From assembly GCA_009914755.4 (NCBI GenBank), contig CP068257.2, positions 36,192,001-36,256,000 on the forward strand: a stretch of DNA of 64,000 nucleotides. Direction: 5' to 3'. This DNA comes from the human T2T-CHM13v2.0 reference genome, Homo sapiens. A program made the translations under genes and the position numbers. The notes under the pieces were generated by a model. It saw only the letters and a program-made list of their open reading frames with translations. It ran no database searches and was not told where the DNA came from. The stretch's first letter is position 1; every line of letters starts with the position of its first letter. Positions 42,489 through 57,514 of the stretch are shown here, one piece after another.

Positions 42489-45336
42489 GGCTCAGCCTGT
42501 GTGCATCTGTGAAAACACACAGCCTTTGGGAGGGCCATGATCAAGTTTTGTGACAGGAGATTTAAGCCTAAACTGCCTAATACTGTATAACCCATGTGGA
42601 GCCCCCTAATCAGACAGGGAACCCAGTGGGGCATGATAACAGCTCCTTCCCAAGCCAGGCCACTCTGGTCACTATCAGTATCCAGGGAAGTGGTGTGGTT
42701 GCCTGTTCTCAAAACAGGATACTATCCCTGCTGAACTCTGCCACAGCATTGTCAATAGGACAGCAGAGAGTCCCAGTTATTGGAATAACCCCTGGAAGCC
42801 AGCTTGTTCCCTACGCATGCAAAAAAGTGTAGGGTGCAGAAAGATGTGCTTCTTCAATCTCTCATCTGTGTCAATAGTTATAAAAGAAACTAAGTCAGGG
42901 GAATATTTTTAAAATGTTCCTTTGAGAAATTCAATTTTATAACCAAATGTGACATTTACTGGGGCTGGAGACTGAGGAAAATTTACAGATGGAAACTGTA
43001 TTATTTTCTTGTGCTTCTTGTCGTGTGTTTTCAGCTTGAACTTCTGTTTGGATAGAGGAGGGAAGGGACAGAAGGTGACCCCTTTGTTAGGTATCTAATA
43101 ATTGATTCTCAGCAACAGAGATCTCTGAGAAGGAAAATGAGGAACACCGTCCTAATCTCTGTTGTTCTTTTATCTCTTCTTTTTTTTTCTCTATTTACAG
43201 TTAATTTCTTCATTTCAGCTTTGGCAAAGATGATGCAGATTGATTTTTTTTTTCCTATTCCTCTCACTAAGCACAACAAAAAAATCCTGGACAATATATA
43301 TGACAAACTTAAGTTGACTCTGAAAGGTGAATAGAGGAAGCCATACCAGCTAGGGACCTTGATATCTGAGGAATAACATGGGAGTGAGCTCTCTGAGTTC
43401 TTTTTTTTTTTTTTCTATATTGTTTATCCCTGACTGGATACTGGAGATGTTAGCAAATTGGAAATGTCAATAGATGCAGACAAAAATGCCCCAAGCTTGA
43501 ATTCTTTAGCCAAAGACCTAGGAGAGAGGTAGTCTAAGAAGACAGAAAACCTTTGAACAATAACCTCTGTAGCCAAACATTATAGAAAAAACAGCAATTC
43601 CACCTGGAAAGCAAAGGCTGGGTGGGGAGCTTTGGCTCCCACTCTTATCAGGTGTAATGCTGCACCCAAACCTGTTGTCAGGATGGTGTCAGGGAAGACA
43701 GAGTGGAGATTCTGAATTTTCCTTCTTGCTAAAGGACAGTGAGACTCCCTGGAGACCATATGGGGAGCCTGGTCCTCCACACGGTTCTGGTAATAATGAG
43801 GTATGTCTCCCCAGAGCCACAGGGGAGGTATTAGAGGAGGGCCAGTATAGAGTCAGGATATTCACTGCCATCCAGCTGTAACAAGGTCACTCTTGCAAAG
43901 TGTTGGTGGAGACCACCACGTGAGAAGTAGTAATGAGGTGCCCCCTCCTATCCCAGCCAGGATGGTGTTGCTGGAGACCCAGTAGGGATCCTGAGCCTTC
44001 ATTACCATCCAGCAGTAAAAAGGATGACACCTTACTAGTGAGCAATGAGGTGGTTCCCTCCTTAACTCACCAGAGTGATGTCAGAGGAGTCCTGCTATAA
44101 TACAAGATTTCAATAAGATCCAGAATCTTATAATAACACCAAAAATGCTTAGGTTTCAGTAAAAAATTACCTGTCATACCAACAGAAAGAGCTAAAACTG
44201 AATGACTAAAGACAAATATCAACACTGATATGACCCAGATTTTATAATTATATAAGGAACCTAATGCAGCCTGAAACAAATGAAGAAAAGTGCTAACAAA
44301 CAAATAGTAAGCCTCAGCAAAAAATCAGCACTTATGGAGAAGAACTGGAAAAAAATTCAGAACTAAAAATTTTAATAACTGAAATAAAAAACTCAATCGA
44401 TGGGCTGAACAGCAGGGTGGGTAAGACAGAGCAAAGAAACAGTGAACTTGTTGATAGAACAATAGAAATTATATAATCTGGACACTAGAGAGAAAATAGA
44501 CTTAAAAAAATGAACAGAGCCTTGGGAACATGTGGGGTTGTAACAAAAGATCAAACATTTATGACACAGAATATCAGGAGGAGAAGAAAAAGAAGATGAG
44601 GCTGAAGAAAGTATTCAAGGGAATAATGGCTGCAATTTTTTCAAATTAAAAAAAAAAAAAAACAACTACAGATCCAAGGAGCCAAATGAAACCCATGCAA
44701 GAAAAACCCAAGGTAATTCACTCAGAGACACATGATAAACTTCTGAAAACTAAAGAAAAAGAAAAAAATCATGAAAGCAGCCAGGGAGAAGTAGTGCATT
44801 ATCAATAGGGAAAGGTAATTCAAGTGACAGAGGTTTTCTACTTAGAAACTGTGGAGGTCAGAACAAAATAGCATAACATTTTTCAACCACTGGGAAAAAA
44901 AACATTTTCAGCTCAGAATTTTATAGCAGCAAAAATGTCTTTCATGAATTAAATGAAAATCAAGGCACTCAGGCATTTTCAGATGAAAGAAAACAAAGAG
45001 AATTTGTCACCAGCAGACCTACCCTGAAAGAAAGGAAGTTCTCTCAACAAAAAGGAAATAATAAAAGAAGCAATCTTGACACATCTTAGAGGTAGAAAGA
45101 ACATGGAAAGAGAAAATATATAGGCAAACACAGTAGACTTTTCTTGAGTTTTCTAAATTATGCTTGATGGCTGAAGCACACATTATAGCATGGTCTACTG
45201 TGATTCTTAATATATGTAGAGGAAATATTTAAGACAACTATATTTTAAATAGGGGAAGGGAAACGAATGTAAAGGGAGCTAAGATTTCTATGTTTCCCTT
45301 GAATTGGTCAATATTAACAGCAGTAGTTAAGAGATA

Positions 45337-45370
45337 CATATATATATGTATATATATATATATATATATA
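45337..45370. repeat. (TA)n / (TATATG) microsatellite inside the old L1
   Basis: catatatatatgtatatatatatatatatatata. Confidence 0.9.
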
Positions 45371-45885
45371 AATTACATTGTGTATATATACATAAACACA
45401 GAATGTAATTCCTAGAACAGCCACTGAAAAAGCTAAACAAAGAGATATATTCAAAAACACTATAGATAAATCAAAGTTGAATTTTAGAAAATGTTGAAAT
45501 AACCCACAGAATTTCAGAAAAAAACCCCAGAGAATCACAAAACAAAAAACAAATAGAAAACAAAAAATTAAATGGCCAACCTAAGCCTTAACGTGCTAAT
45601 AATTATATTAAACATAAATGGTCCAAATACACCAATTAAAAAACAGAGATTAGCAGAGTGTATAAAAAGCAACTCCAACTACATATCATTAAAAAAAACT
45701 CACTTCAAATATAATGGTATGGGTAGATTGAAAGTAAAAAGATGGAAAAAGATGTACCACACAAGCATTAATTTAAAAAAAGTATGGCAATATTATTACA
45801 CAAAGTAGACTGCAGAGCAAAGAAAATATGAGAGATGGAGAGAAAAATTACATAATAATAAAGATTAAATAATGGAGAATATTAC

Positions 45886-46297
45886 GTTAAGTGAAGTAAG
45901 CCAGGCGCAGAAAGAAAAATATATGTCCTCACTCATACTTGAGAGCTAAAAAATTGATCTAATGGAGTAATGAGTAGAATGGTAACCAGAAGCCTGGAAG
46001 GATCAGGAGGCAGATGAGCAAAGGTTGGTTAGTGTATACAAAAATACATTTAGATAGAAAGAATAAGCTCCATTGTTTGATAGCACAGTAGAATGACTAT
46101 AGTTAATGATGCTGTGTTGTATATTTCAAAATAGCTAGAAGAAAACTTGAAATGTTCCCAACACAAATGAATAATATATGTTTGAGGTGATGGATATCCC
46201 AAATACCCTGACTTGATCATTCCACATTGTATGTATCTATCAAAATATCACGAGATATTCATAAATATGAACAACCATTAAGTACCAATACAATAAA
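45886..46297 (+). mobile_element. Nested LINE-1 3' UTR fragment inserted into the endonuclease region of the older L1
   Basis: gttaagtgaagtaagccaggcgcagaaagaaaaatatatgtcctcactcatacttgagagctaaaaaattgatctaatggagtaatgagtagaatggtaaccagaagcctggaaggatcagg...gaatgactatagttaatgatgctgtgttgtatatttcaaaatagctagaag...gatggatatcccaaataccctgacttgatcattccacattgtatgtatctatcaaaatatcacgagatattcataaatatgaac matches the L1 3' end consensus (gttaagtgaaataagccaggcacagaaagacaaatactgcatgatctcactcat...atggtgactatagttaataatactgtattgtatacttgaaatttgctaag...). Confidence 0.8.
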
Positions 46298-48120
46298 GGT
46301 TTAATCAACCAAGAATACATAGCAATCCTAAATGTGTATGCAACAAACAACAGAGGTGCAAAATATGTGGAGCAAAAACTGATAGAACTGAAAGGGGAAA
46401 TAAATCCACGAATATAGTTGAAGATGCCAACACCCTTCTCTTAACAATTGTTAGGACAACTACAGAGAAAATCGGTAAGGATACAGAGAAAATCAACATC
46501 ATCAACCAACAGGATCAAATCAATGTTTATAGAATTTGCCACACAACAACAGCAGAATACACGTTCTTTCCAAATGCCCACAGCATATATACCAAGACAG
46601 ACCTCAACAAAAGAATTGAAATCATACCGAGTATGCTCTCTGATCACAATGGAATCGAACTTTTAAAAAATAAAATTTTTTTGGTTTCTTTTCTTCTTTT
46701 TCTCTTTTTTACTTGTGCCACCCCCATGTTTGCTTCCTACCAGTCTAGCATGTCATTATTCTGAATGCTGCAGTGAGGGTGCAGTTCTTCAGAAGTTTTT
46801 GGAGTGCGATGTGGTTTTCATGGCTCAGAGTTTTAAAGAAAAGGGAGGAATGGACTCTCCATTCTCTTTAGCTTCTTTATTGGAACACTCTCTCTGATCT
46901 TGGAGAATTAGCATAACCCTCACATCGCTCTATTGTGACTGTTCTTGGAACCTTTCTATAGAATACTAGAGGAAAGAGGAAGATAGTTAGATTCTGAGTC
47001 TGTGTCATGGAAGATGGATTTGCATCTTTTGTGCAGTTTAAACAGTTTTGTGACAAAAAGAATTAAGCAGAGCAGAAAAAATAGCTTTCCTTATGAAATC
47101 AAAAATCCAACAGTAAACTTCCAATTCAGAAGGCAGAAGTCAAGAATGACTGCATCTGCTGGGGGCCCCTCTCTCCCCCGGGGACCAGTCATTGCAGAAT
47201 CATGTCCTTTGTTTATATCATCCTTTTAGCACTGCCGAGCCAAGAAACTCAGTTCTGCTCAACCGTGATGAATATTTTTCCAAAACCACATATTCACAAT
47301 CATGAGATTCTCATTGACAATTCTGTGGTTCCTAATTTTTTAAAATATCTATCTGTGAGGAAGAAAAAATGACTCTCTCCACTTTTAGCTATAAGGTGGG
47401 CTATTGGCCAAGCACGGCCAGGGGCCTCTGTCCCTGACAGGCAGCAGCTGTTCAGCCTCCCTGTCCCAGAGCACAGCAGAAGGCAGGGGAGAGGGGGTGG
47501 AAGCAGGATTCAGGGCGCTCAAGGCAAGAATTCTTTCCCAAGGCTTTATCCTCCCTGGGACTGGGTGCTAGGGCAGATGGTGCTTGCATTTTCCATCACT
47601 CAGAAAGCCATGGCCAGAGACAGGAGGGTGGGGAAGGGGAGGGAAGAGGTCCAAACATCATTTCCGGAAGCTCTTCAGATTCCCTGCATTTTAAAATCTC
47701 GTAATTCTTCTCTCTGAATACCACAGAGCCAATGCCATACAATGTTGTGGCATTTGCTGGGCCACATTCCCTAGTGAGATGGGAGAAGAATTACTGTGCC
47801 TAAGGCAGCAACCAGCTTAAACATTTTCATTTCCTTCTTAGCTCTTCCACCAGGAAATCCTGCTATCATCTTCCTTGTCCTCTCCCTACTCCTTGCTGTT
47901 CATTTCTCAACTCTGTGATTTTGTGCTTCCGGCCTTAGTCAGAGCCAGCCTCTCTGTTCCTGGTTCTCTATGAGAAGGTGCCTAGGTTCCTGCCTTGATG
48001 AGCAAGTCAAGACTGTGGACTAGGTGAACTTCAAGTCAGTGTGGAAAATGCCCTTGCTCTCAGGAGATATACACTCAAATACTTAGGGCAACATATCCTG
48101 ATGACTATAACTCTTAAATG

Positions 48121-48138
48121 GAGAGAGAGAGAGAGAGA
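48121..48138. repeat. (GA)9 microsatellite
   Basis: gagagagagagagagaga. Confidence 0.9.
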
Positions 48139-49259
48139 ACACAAATAAAGGAGGCAAATGTGACAAATGTTTACAAACGGGGGGATCCAGGTAATGGGTA
48201 TATCATGTGTATTATATTATTCTTGTGGCTTTTCTACAGATTTGCCATTTTTCAAAGTTAAAAAAAGATAAAAAATCTGTATGGTGAGTGTAAACTGCTT
48301 CCCCTAAGCCCCAGGTCAGAACAATGGCCTCTGACCTGGGGAAGTTGTATGGTTTGGGTATTGACCTGGCTGGATGTACCAGTTACTTGGTTTCATTCCA
48401 GTGTGTGATGCTCTTGCATGGTTCACCAGGCCATGCTCTGGTAGGAGTATCGAGTGGTATCCCTAATATTTTAAATGCATTGCTTGTGGCTCTTCTGAGC
48501 CTTGAGGTGCCGATACTCCAATGAAGACCCACTGAATCAAAATCTCTGCGGATAAAAGTAAATAATATGCATTTCTTTAAACCATTCCTATGGATAGATC
48601 TAATTTTAAGATGGTAAGACAGAGACTTTTGTCTCCTTTGGAAAACAGTAAAGATACCAAGAAACTGAAGGAAATCTTCACTTTTGATGCAACTATGAAA
48701 TGCCTACAACCTCAGAACATGTATGTAGAGGGAGGGCTATTGTTACATGCAGCAGAAATTGGGCCAGGATAAAGGTGGTGAGTGAGAAACGATGCCTAGC
48801 CCCAGAAATCTATGGCAGAGCTGGCTGCCCACAGCCTTCTTCATCCTGGGGGCATAGTCAAAGCATTACCAATGTTTAGAGCAACAAGATGAAGATGTGG
48901 TACTGGCTATGAGAGCCTTCCTGGACAGTGTGTGATACCACAAAGGGACTGGAGGAAGCACAGAGACAGAAGAAAATGCTCAGATCTGCCATTTTGCAAA
49001 GGGAATCTTTTTGTGTGGCTGAGTGGAAAAGAAACTGTGGACAGTGAGCAGCTCTGTGGCTGCCAACCTTTGTTAGCTGTGTGATGTAAGGACTAAACCT
49101 CTGACAAAGCCCGGAATTAGACAGAACTTTACTCTAGCCCAAGAGACTTCTTGCTCTGTGCTATGCTTCCTGGGCCCTTCTCAACACTTCCTTTCACAAA
49201 TTACTGACCCAGAAAGAAATCCCCTGTTTCATGAGGAGCCAGCAGTGGATCTATCCAAA

Positions 49260-50760
<1,501 letters not shown>

Positions 50761-51009
50761 TATGGTAGTGTTCCACTTATGTTTAAGAAAGCATACATAT
50801 ATATTTTTTAAAATTTTATAAGATGTATAACTAAGGACACAAAAGCACACATATGTGTGAGCATATGAATAGGATATCTCTGGAAGGATACACAAGAAAC
50901 TCATAACAGTGGTTGTCTCTGGGATAGGAAACTGAACTGGAGTCTAGGAAGGGTTTTTCATTGTCCACAATTTGATACTCTTTATTTTAACTATGGGCTT
51001 ATATTACTT

Positions 51010-51010
<1 letters not shown>

Positions 51011-51035
<25 letters not shown>
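51011..51035. repeat. (TA)12 microsatellite
   Basis: atatatatatatatatatatatata. Confidence 0.95.
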
Positions 51036-51040
<5 letters not shown>

Positions 51041-52394
51041 CTTAAAAAGCTCTACAGATGATTCTAGCCAGCACTGGGTGTTGAGCAGCCCCAGTTTTTC
51101 ATTCCAGGGCTTCTGACAAGCTAATGGTAGTTGTACTGTATCTCAGTGGTAGGGATAAAGTGATGATTGCTATCTCTGTTTCATGTGGGTTTTGGCAGAC
51201 CAGCAAAGAATTTCATTGATTTACTTGTGTCTGAAATTTCCTGATTTCAGAAGAAGGTTACAGTCAACTAAAAAAACATAAAAATAAAAACAAAAGCCCA
51301 ATTATGAAGTTATAAAGTACTGGGGCTTTGGGTCTTCTAAGCTACCACTGATACTTTTGTCTTCATGCTAGAATGCCTGCATTTCAACTCCTCTGAATTA
51401 ATAGAATGGCTTCTTAGCGTATCTCCTGGATTCTGACCTCTTTGCCTTTCAGTTCTCCCTCTTTCCCACCTTTACCCTGCTGGTCCCTTGCATCATGACT
51501 CCTTGTGGGCACTCCACAAGACACCCCGTGCCCTGGATGCCCAGAGTAACATGGCCCCAAGACACATGCTGCAGGTGGACAGGTCACCCGGTGCAATGGC
51601 TATTTCCATCTTTGCTCCTGTTCTTCCCCAGGCAGGAGTAATCCCAAACCCACCTGCTGCTCGGTCCTACACTGATTCCTTTTTCTCCTGAATCCTATTT
51701 TACACCCAGGTAATAGCTCATAATTTAGCCCTTAATTGTTCTCCAATTACCTTATCGGTGATAATTTTTCTCCAACTTGAGTTTGAGCTCCTTCATGGGA
51801 AAGACCATGGGGCTCTGTGTTCTAAGCCGATCCCACATCTTATGGCCTCCCACCATCCTCACAGCTACTAGCTTAGCTCAGGCCACCCTCCTTTCTCGCC
51901 TGGTCTACGCCAGGCAGGTCTCCCTGCTTTTCCTCTTGGGCCTCCTGTGGTCTGTTCCCTATATGGCAGCCAGAGCCATCACTGGCTTCGAAGTAGAAAT
52001 AAGCTGACTTATTTCCCTGGCTTAAAACCCTTTCCAGCACACTTGTGATAAGATCTAAGCTTCAGGTGGCATGGAGTTCCTGCAGGATCTGTCCCTAGGC
52101 TCCCTCCACCCTCATTTCCCAGCCTTCTCCCCATCACTCACACTGCAGTCTTTGACTTTCTTGCCCAGTCCTTCCCCGGGGCCATTGTACTTGCCAGAAA
52201 AGCTCTCCCACTACCCCCCCGGAGTGGCTCTCTATGTCATATCATCCAGGTCATGGTTACAATGTCACCTCTTCCAAGGCCTTCCCTGACACCATATCTA
52301 GCATAGTTCCCATCTTCACTCCCTCATCACTTCCCAATGTTTTCCCTGCTTAATTTATTGTAGCTTTCATCTTCATTGTGTATGTGGGTAGACA

Positions 52395-52590
52395 GTATAA
52401 TCTGGGGTTAGACTCTCAGAGTTTAAATCTCAGCTCCACTACTTGAGCTGCATGACATTGGGAAAGTCCTTAACCTCCTTGTGCCTCATTTTCCTCATCT
52501 GTACAATAGGGATAATGTTATACATAGTTTATGAAACTACAGTGAGAATAAAAGGAGAGATTAATGATATGAAAACCACTTAGAAGGCTG
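52395..52590 (+). mobile_element. MIR SINE
   Basis: tagactctcagagtttaaatctcagctccactacttgagctgcatgacattgggaaagtccttaacctccttgtgcctcattttcctcatctgtacaatagggataatgttat matches the MIR core. Confidence 0.65.
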
Positions 52591-52699
52591 ACAGGCAGGA
52601 GGTGAGGACTACATCAATCTTTGTTTCTTTATTTACTCATTATTGCCCGACTCCCTACCCTAGACTGTCAACTCTGGTGTATTAGTCAACTCAGCCTAC

Positions 52700-53067
52700 T
52701 GTAACAAAGTACCACAAACTGGAGGGCTTAAACAACAGGCATTTATTTTCTCAAAGTTCTGGAGGCTGGAAGTCCAAGACCAAGGTTTCAGTGGGGCTGG
52801 TTCCTTGGAGGCCTCTGTCCTTGGCTTGGGGATGGCGTCTTCTCCCTGTGTCCTTATAGGGTTGTCCCTCTGTGTGTGCCTGTGTCCTCATCTTCTCTTC
52901 TTATAAGACCACCAGTCAGCTTGGATTAAAGCCCACCCTAGTGACCTCATTTTACCTCTATCACTTCTTTAAAGGCTCTATCTCCAAATACAGTCCCATT
53001 CTGAGGTACTGGGGGTTAGGACTTCAACATACAAATTTTGAGGGCATGCAATTTAGCCCCTAACATC
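52700..53067 (+). mobile_element. MLT1-type MaLR solo LTR, essentially full length (TG...CA)
   Basis: tgtaacaaagtaccacaaactggagggcttaaacaacaggcatttattttctcaaagttctggaggctggaagtccaagaccaaggtttcagtggggctggttccttggaggcctctgtccttggcttggggatggcgtcttctccctgtgtccttatagggttgtccctctgtgtgtgcctgtgtcctcatcttctcttcttataagaccaccagtcagcttggattaaagcccaccctagtgacctcattttacctctatcacttctttaaaggctctatctccaaatacagtcccattctgaggtactgggggttaggacttcaacatacaaattttgagggcatgcaatttagcccctaaca follows the MLT1 consensus throughout. Confidence 0.75.
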
Positions 53068-55624
53068 TGGAGAAGTAGGGTTGCGACATGGTTAGCCCTG
53101 TATCTCAGCAGGCAGACATGCATTTTCCAGCACACTTCAGTGTCTCAGTAATGACCCCTTGGAAGCCTGAGAGCATTTCCCACAGAGCTGGTCCCTCTGC
53201 CCCACAGCCATAAAACATGGAGTGACTACTGGGTGCCAAGCTGAGAAGGTACTTGAGGAACGTCCTTGAGAAGCACCAAACTGGGGAACACTCCGGGCCT
53301 TGGATTGTGTTCACTAAAATTTAAATGACTCCTTCATAGCCCAGTGGCAAGTAGGGGACCATCAGCCTCACTGAGGTGTTGATGCTGGGCCCCTGGGCAA
53401 GCTGGTGACTGGAAAGGAGAGGAGGGTGTGGGTACCCTGAGCTTCCAGTAGTGGGGCTGTAGGTCAGCACTCAGTCAAGTGGGTGGCTCAAGCCCCGCTG
53501 CAGAACACACCTCCACTCTAATCAAACAAGCCCATGTCTATCTCGTTCCTTGGCCTGCTCCTCAAGCCCCAAGTAAGGCTTAGAAGACAGCCCTTCTTGG
53601 AACCAGTTTCCAATCTTACATAAGGTGTCAGAATCGCCAGTGGTTGGAATTCTTCCATGAGAGCTGTGGAAAAGGGCTGTATTTTGCTTACAATCAGGTG
53701 AACCTCACTCTATACAACAGTTGAATCCCCCAAACATTGTGTGTGAATTTTAAGTCCAAGTCTACCTTAAATAGGCAGGGCTGGAGGGGGTCACTATTTA
53801 TAGTAAATATCCAATGTGCTTTTTTTGGCAAGCAGAGAAGTCTTCTATTTTAACTTTTCTGTTTTGTAAATGTCACCTTTATACACACAGGCATGCATGC
53901 ATGTATACACATTGTGGCATTCAAGTCTGTGAGGACCAAGTATCTAGCTGTGCTTTAATTCTAAAAGGCGAAGGCTTTGTTAAGTAGCTCAAACTGCAGG
54001 GGAAATTATGATCTGAGTTTAAGCTAATATATCACGAAAAAGCCTAGACACAGCATCTGTCAACTTGGGTGATCTTGCTTCTATCTGGGCAGCCACCTGG
54101 TAAATTTGTATTTTGCAACAGCAGCTGCAGAGACTGTGTTTACCCTGTGTAGATAGTCAGAGAAATATGAAGAAACTGGGGGTTCTTCCTCTTCTATTTG
54201 TGCTAGCGGTAGGCTGACTTAGTTGAACACATTCTGGCAGTTTTGTAAAAGAGTACAATGCCTTAGAATTTTGAGCTGCTAAGTCGGTCCCCTCAACAGC
54301 CAGGGGAGAGACAGGGCAGACATCTTGACTGATGTGTGACATCATTTGTTGCCAGGAGGAAAAAGCAGGACTGGCTCCAAGATGAAGCAGTCAGACCTAC
54401 AGGAGAGTAGCCACAGCTACTGGTTTTCAAAAGGTAGGACAGAGACTCTTAAAAAGGCTAGGAAGATTCGGACAAGGTGAATGGAGAGAGCCAACAGCAG
54501 AGCCGTGCTCATGAAGAGCATAGACAATCATGGAGAGCATAGACACTCAACATTCACAGCAGAGAATTACTAGTGAAGATCAATGTAGTAAAACTGAGGA
54601 AAGAGGAAAAACATGTTTTATAGTCTTTTCTTTAACATTTTGCTTATTTTGTGTTATTTGATTCATTAATATTTTAGGCACAGTAATTCCTGATTTATTA
54701 GTATGTCTGCTTAAATGAGTAAAACATGGAGTAATAAAATTTTAGGTTCTTAGTTTTTGAAATTCAGAGATTGTTACGCCTGACTACTTACTGTGCCTCC
54801 ACAGTAACCAACACAGTAGCCCCAATGGCTGGAAGCGAATTTGACTCTTTGCCCATATGCTATACCCTCAGCTTCTTAATATTGATGGGTATCGCACAGG
54901 TACCAACTTTGATTTATTGCAAATCTGATTTAGAGTGGGTACAGAGAGACTTGAAAGGGCTGTGTCCATTTATGACTGAATTTTTGAGAGTTTATTCTTC
55001 AGGAAGTACCTCTGGTGCCAGACATTTATATTTTTAACGATTTGGATGTATTTTGCTTTATGCACAGGGTGTGGTTGATATCTACAATCGTTTTTGTGCA
55101 TCAGGAAATAAGGTTATTAAAATATTATTAAAATAGGTTTCCACAGGCACTTTGCTACATGTGACAAAATGCATAATTAGCTGGAATTAAGAGCTAATAG
55201 GTTTATAACATCAACGCCCCACTTCTAAAATAATATTTAGCTGCTACTTATGTGCACTGCTGTAACTCTTGTAAGAAAAAAAATGCTCCATGGCTCCTAA
55301 AAGTCTTATTGGCTTACCTTGTCTCTTTAAGCAATTTTAAAATATAAAGGTTTTTTTTTGTTTTTTTTTTTTTTTTTGGTGAAGAGAGAGAAGGTGAGCT
55401 TCTGCTATATTGGCAGTTTGGAGGTTGAGTTTAAACTGCTTGAAATGATGGGACCTCAGGAAAGACCATATGAAAATATCAGCTTTTCAGGCCAATGAGT
55501 CATCCGGCATCACAAGCCGGGTTGTGGGGCTTGAGGCCGGTTTCAGTCTACGTCATCCAACAGCTGACGCTTGACAGAGACACAGGAAAGGAATATGCAA
55601 TTCTCCAATTCTCTATTTTTTTTT

Positions 55625-55913
55625 TTTTGTTTTAGGTAGATTCTCACCCTGTCACCCAGTCTAGAGTGCAATGGTGTGATCTTGGCTGACTGCAATCTCT
55701 GCCTCCTACATTCAAGTGATCCTCCCACCTCAGCCTCCCAAGTAGCTGGGACAACAAGTGTGCACCACCATGCCTGGTTAATTTTTGTATTTTTAGGAGA
55801 GAGGAGGTTTCACGTGTTGGCCAGGGTGGTCTTGAATTCCTGACCTCAGGTGAGCCACCTGCCTCAGCCTCCCAAAGAGCTAGGATTACAGGTGTGAGCC
55901 ACCATGGCCGGCC
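55625..55913 (-). mobile_element. Alu SINE, antisense, with a target-site duplication
   Basis: ttttttttttttttgttttaggtagattctcaccctgtcacccagtctagagtgcaatggtgtgatcttggctgactgcaatctctgcctcctacattcaagtgatcctcccacctcagcctcccaagtagctgggacaacaagtgtgcaccaccatgcctggttaatttttgtatttttagg...ctaggattacaggtgtgagccaccatggccggcc. The flanks aggaatatgcaattct (before, about 20 bp upstream) and aggaatatccagttct (after) are similar. Confidence 0.9.
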
Positions 55914-56376
55914 AGGAATATCCAGTTCTTTAATAGTGTTTCTTTTTTAAAACATTGGCATTCAGATTAAATATCTGTATGCCATTGTTTAATACACCGC
56001 AAAAACAAGTCAGGTGAGAGATGAAACCTAGAGAGAACTAGACAACAAGTTACCCAGACTTGTAAGCTCTGTGCATGATTAGGTAGCTTCAAATACAAAG
56101 CTTTGAAGATGTGCAGGGGTTTCAGAGGTGGAGGGACTCAGGCCCTTCTGGTAGGGCCACGTGTTTGCATTGTCTTATTGGACTGTTACAGGAGCTGTCT
56201 CTTCAAAGGCACTTGCTCCTAGCAAACTTATGCCTTTCCAAAGTCTCCTCTAAAAATGAGTAGAGGACACTTTGTTTTACTTTTACTGAAGTGAAAACAC
56301 CAAGGCATGCTTTAGGGGTCTCTAGCACTTCTGTGGGTCCATCAGTCCCCATTCTCCCCATCTGTCTCTCTCTCTC

Positions 56377-56508
56377 TTTTTTTTTTTTTTTGAGACTGGG
56401 TCTTGTTGTATTGCCCAGGCTGGTCTTGAAATTTGGGGCTCAAGTGATCCTCTTGCCTTGGACTCCCAAAGTGCTGGGATTACAGGCATGAGTCACTGTG
56501 CCTGGCCC
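56377..56508 (-). mobile_element. Alu-derived monomer or internally deleted Alu (FLAM-like), antisense
   Basis: ttttttttttttttgagactgggtcttgttgtattgcccaggctggtcttgaaatttggggctcaagtgatcctcttgccttggactcccaaagtgctgggattacaggcatgagtcactgtgcctggcc is about 130 bp, with Alu right-arm start and left-arm end motifs only. Confidence 0.75.
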
Positions 56509-57229
56509 AGAAAAAGATGTTCTCTATGCCCATGAGGCTTCAAGAGAAGCTGGTTTCCTTATCTTCACTATTTAGAGCTAGATCCCAAGTACCTCCAGGA
56601 TAGAGCCCTAATCCTGACCCCAAACATAATTTGTGTACAGAAACTCCGTGTAGGAGTGTTAGAAAAGCTGGAGGCCCTATTGATAGGTGATTCAGATATG
56701 CTGGGAATAATGTAAAGTGTGTGTCTGGTGGAAAGAGCTGTATTTTTAACGTGATGCTGAAATCACCAAGAAATACTCTACTTCACTTGATACGAAAAAC
56801 AGAAGTTACCATTATACAGAAAAAAAGTGGAGGAGGCCTTATGCAAATATTTTCAGATAACCGTATATACTGTTTTTTTGCCAGTCGTGTCCCATCATGT
56901 CCACCCCCAGTTCTCAGCTGTCTGCATGGGCAGGAGAGGAAAGGAAAGACACTGGCTGGAGGGGGAGGCAGGGGCCTGACTCTTCTGAGCTTGAACTGTC
57001 TCATTCTGTACAATACGGATCCAGCTCCTCTTTGAGAAGCCAGTGGTAGAACAAGCAATTTTTTGAGCTCCTTATAGCTTATCTAATTAATCATTTTATG
57101 AATGGAGGAGCCAGCTTAGAAAGAACTTGTCCATGTCATACCCCTGTTAAGGGCTGAGGCACTACGTGCTCTTGCTGATGCTTTCATAAATGATAACTCA
57201 GGCACTTTCCCACTGTCTGGTTTTTATGG

Positions 57230-57510
57230 GGTGGTTTATAATTTGGTGACTGGGGACTTCAACACCCCACTCTCAGTCTTGGACAGATCATCTAGATAGA
57301 AGATCAACAAAGAAGTGTTGGATTTAAACTGTACTCAAGACCAAATGGTCCTAACAGACATTTACAGAACATCTCACTCAACCGTTGCAGAACACACATT
57401 TATGTGCTCATCAGCACATGAAACTCTCAGCAGTGTAGATCGTGTGTTAGACCACAAACCAAATTTCAACAAATTAAAAAAAATCATATCAGGAAACTTC
57501 TTAGACTACT
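57230..57510 (+). mobile_element. Old L1 ORF2 endonuclease-domain fragment
   Basis: ORF 57315..57512 gives MLDLNCTQDQMVLTDIYRTSHSTVAEHTFMCSSAHETLSSVDRVLDHKPNFNKLKKI. It is preceded in-frame by tggggacttcaacaccccactctcagtcttggacagatcatctagatagaagatcaacaaag (GDFNTPLSVLDRSSRQKINK). This is the L1 EN region ...GDFNTPLS..DRS.RQK.NK....LN......L.DIYR.LHP...EYTFFS.AHGTFS.IDH.LGHK..L..FKKIEI. Confidence 0.8.
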
Positions 57511-57514
57511 AACT

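Larger units (their letters stand above)
43880..46690 (+). mobile_element. Old LINE-1 (L1M/L1PB-like): 5' UTR/ORF1-like region, inter-ORF region and ORF2 endonuclease domain, then abruptly 3'-truncated; it carries a nested younger L1 3' end
   Basis: A-rich ORF1-like sequence at 44100-45300 is followed by ORF 45572..45808, which gives MANLSLNVLIIILNINGPNTPIKKQRLAECIKSNSNYISLKKTHFKYNGMGRLKVKRWKKMYH (the L1 ORF2 N-terminus, EN domain). After the nested insert the EN domain continues at 46300-46680: ...ggtttaatcaaccaagaatacatagcaatcctaaatgtgtatgcaacaaacaacagaggtgcaaaatatgtggagcaaaaactgatagaactgaaaggggaaataaatccacgaatatagttgaagatgccaacacccttctcttaacaattgttaggacaactacagagaaaatc...cacaatggaatcgaacttttaaaaaat. 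Confidence 0.8.
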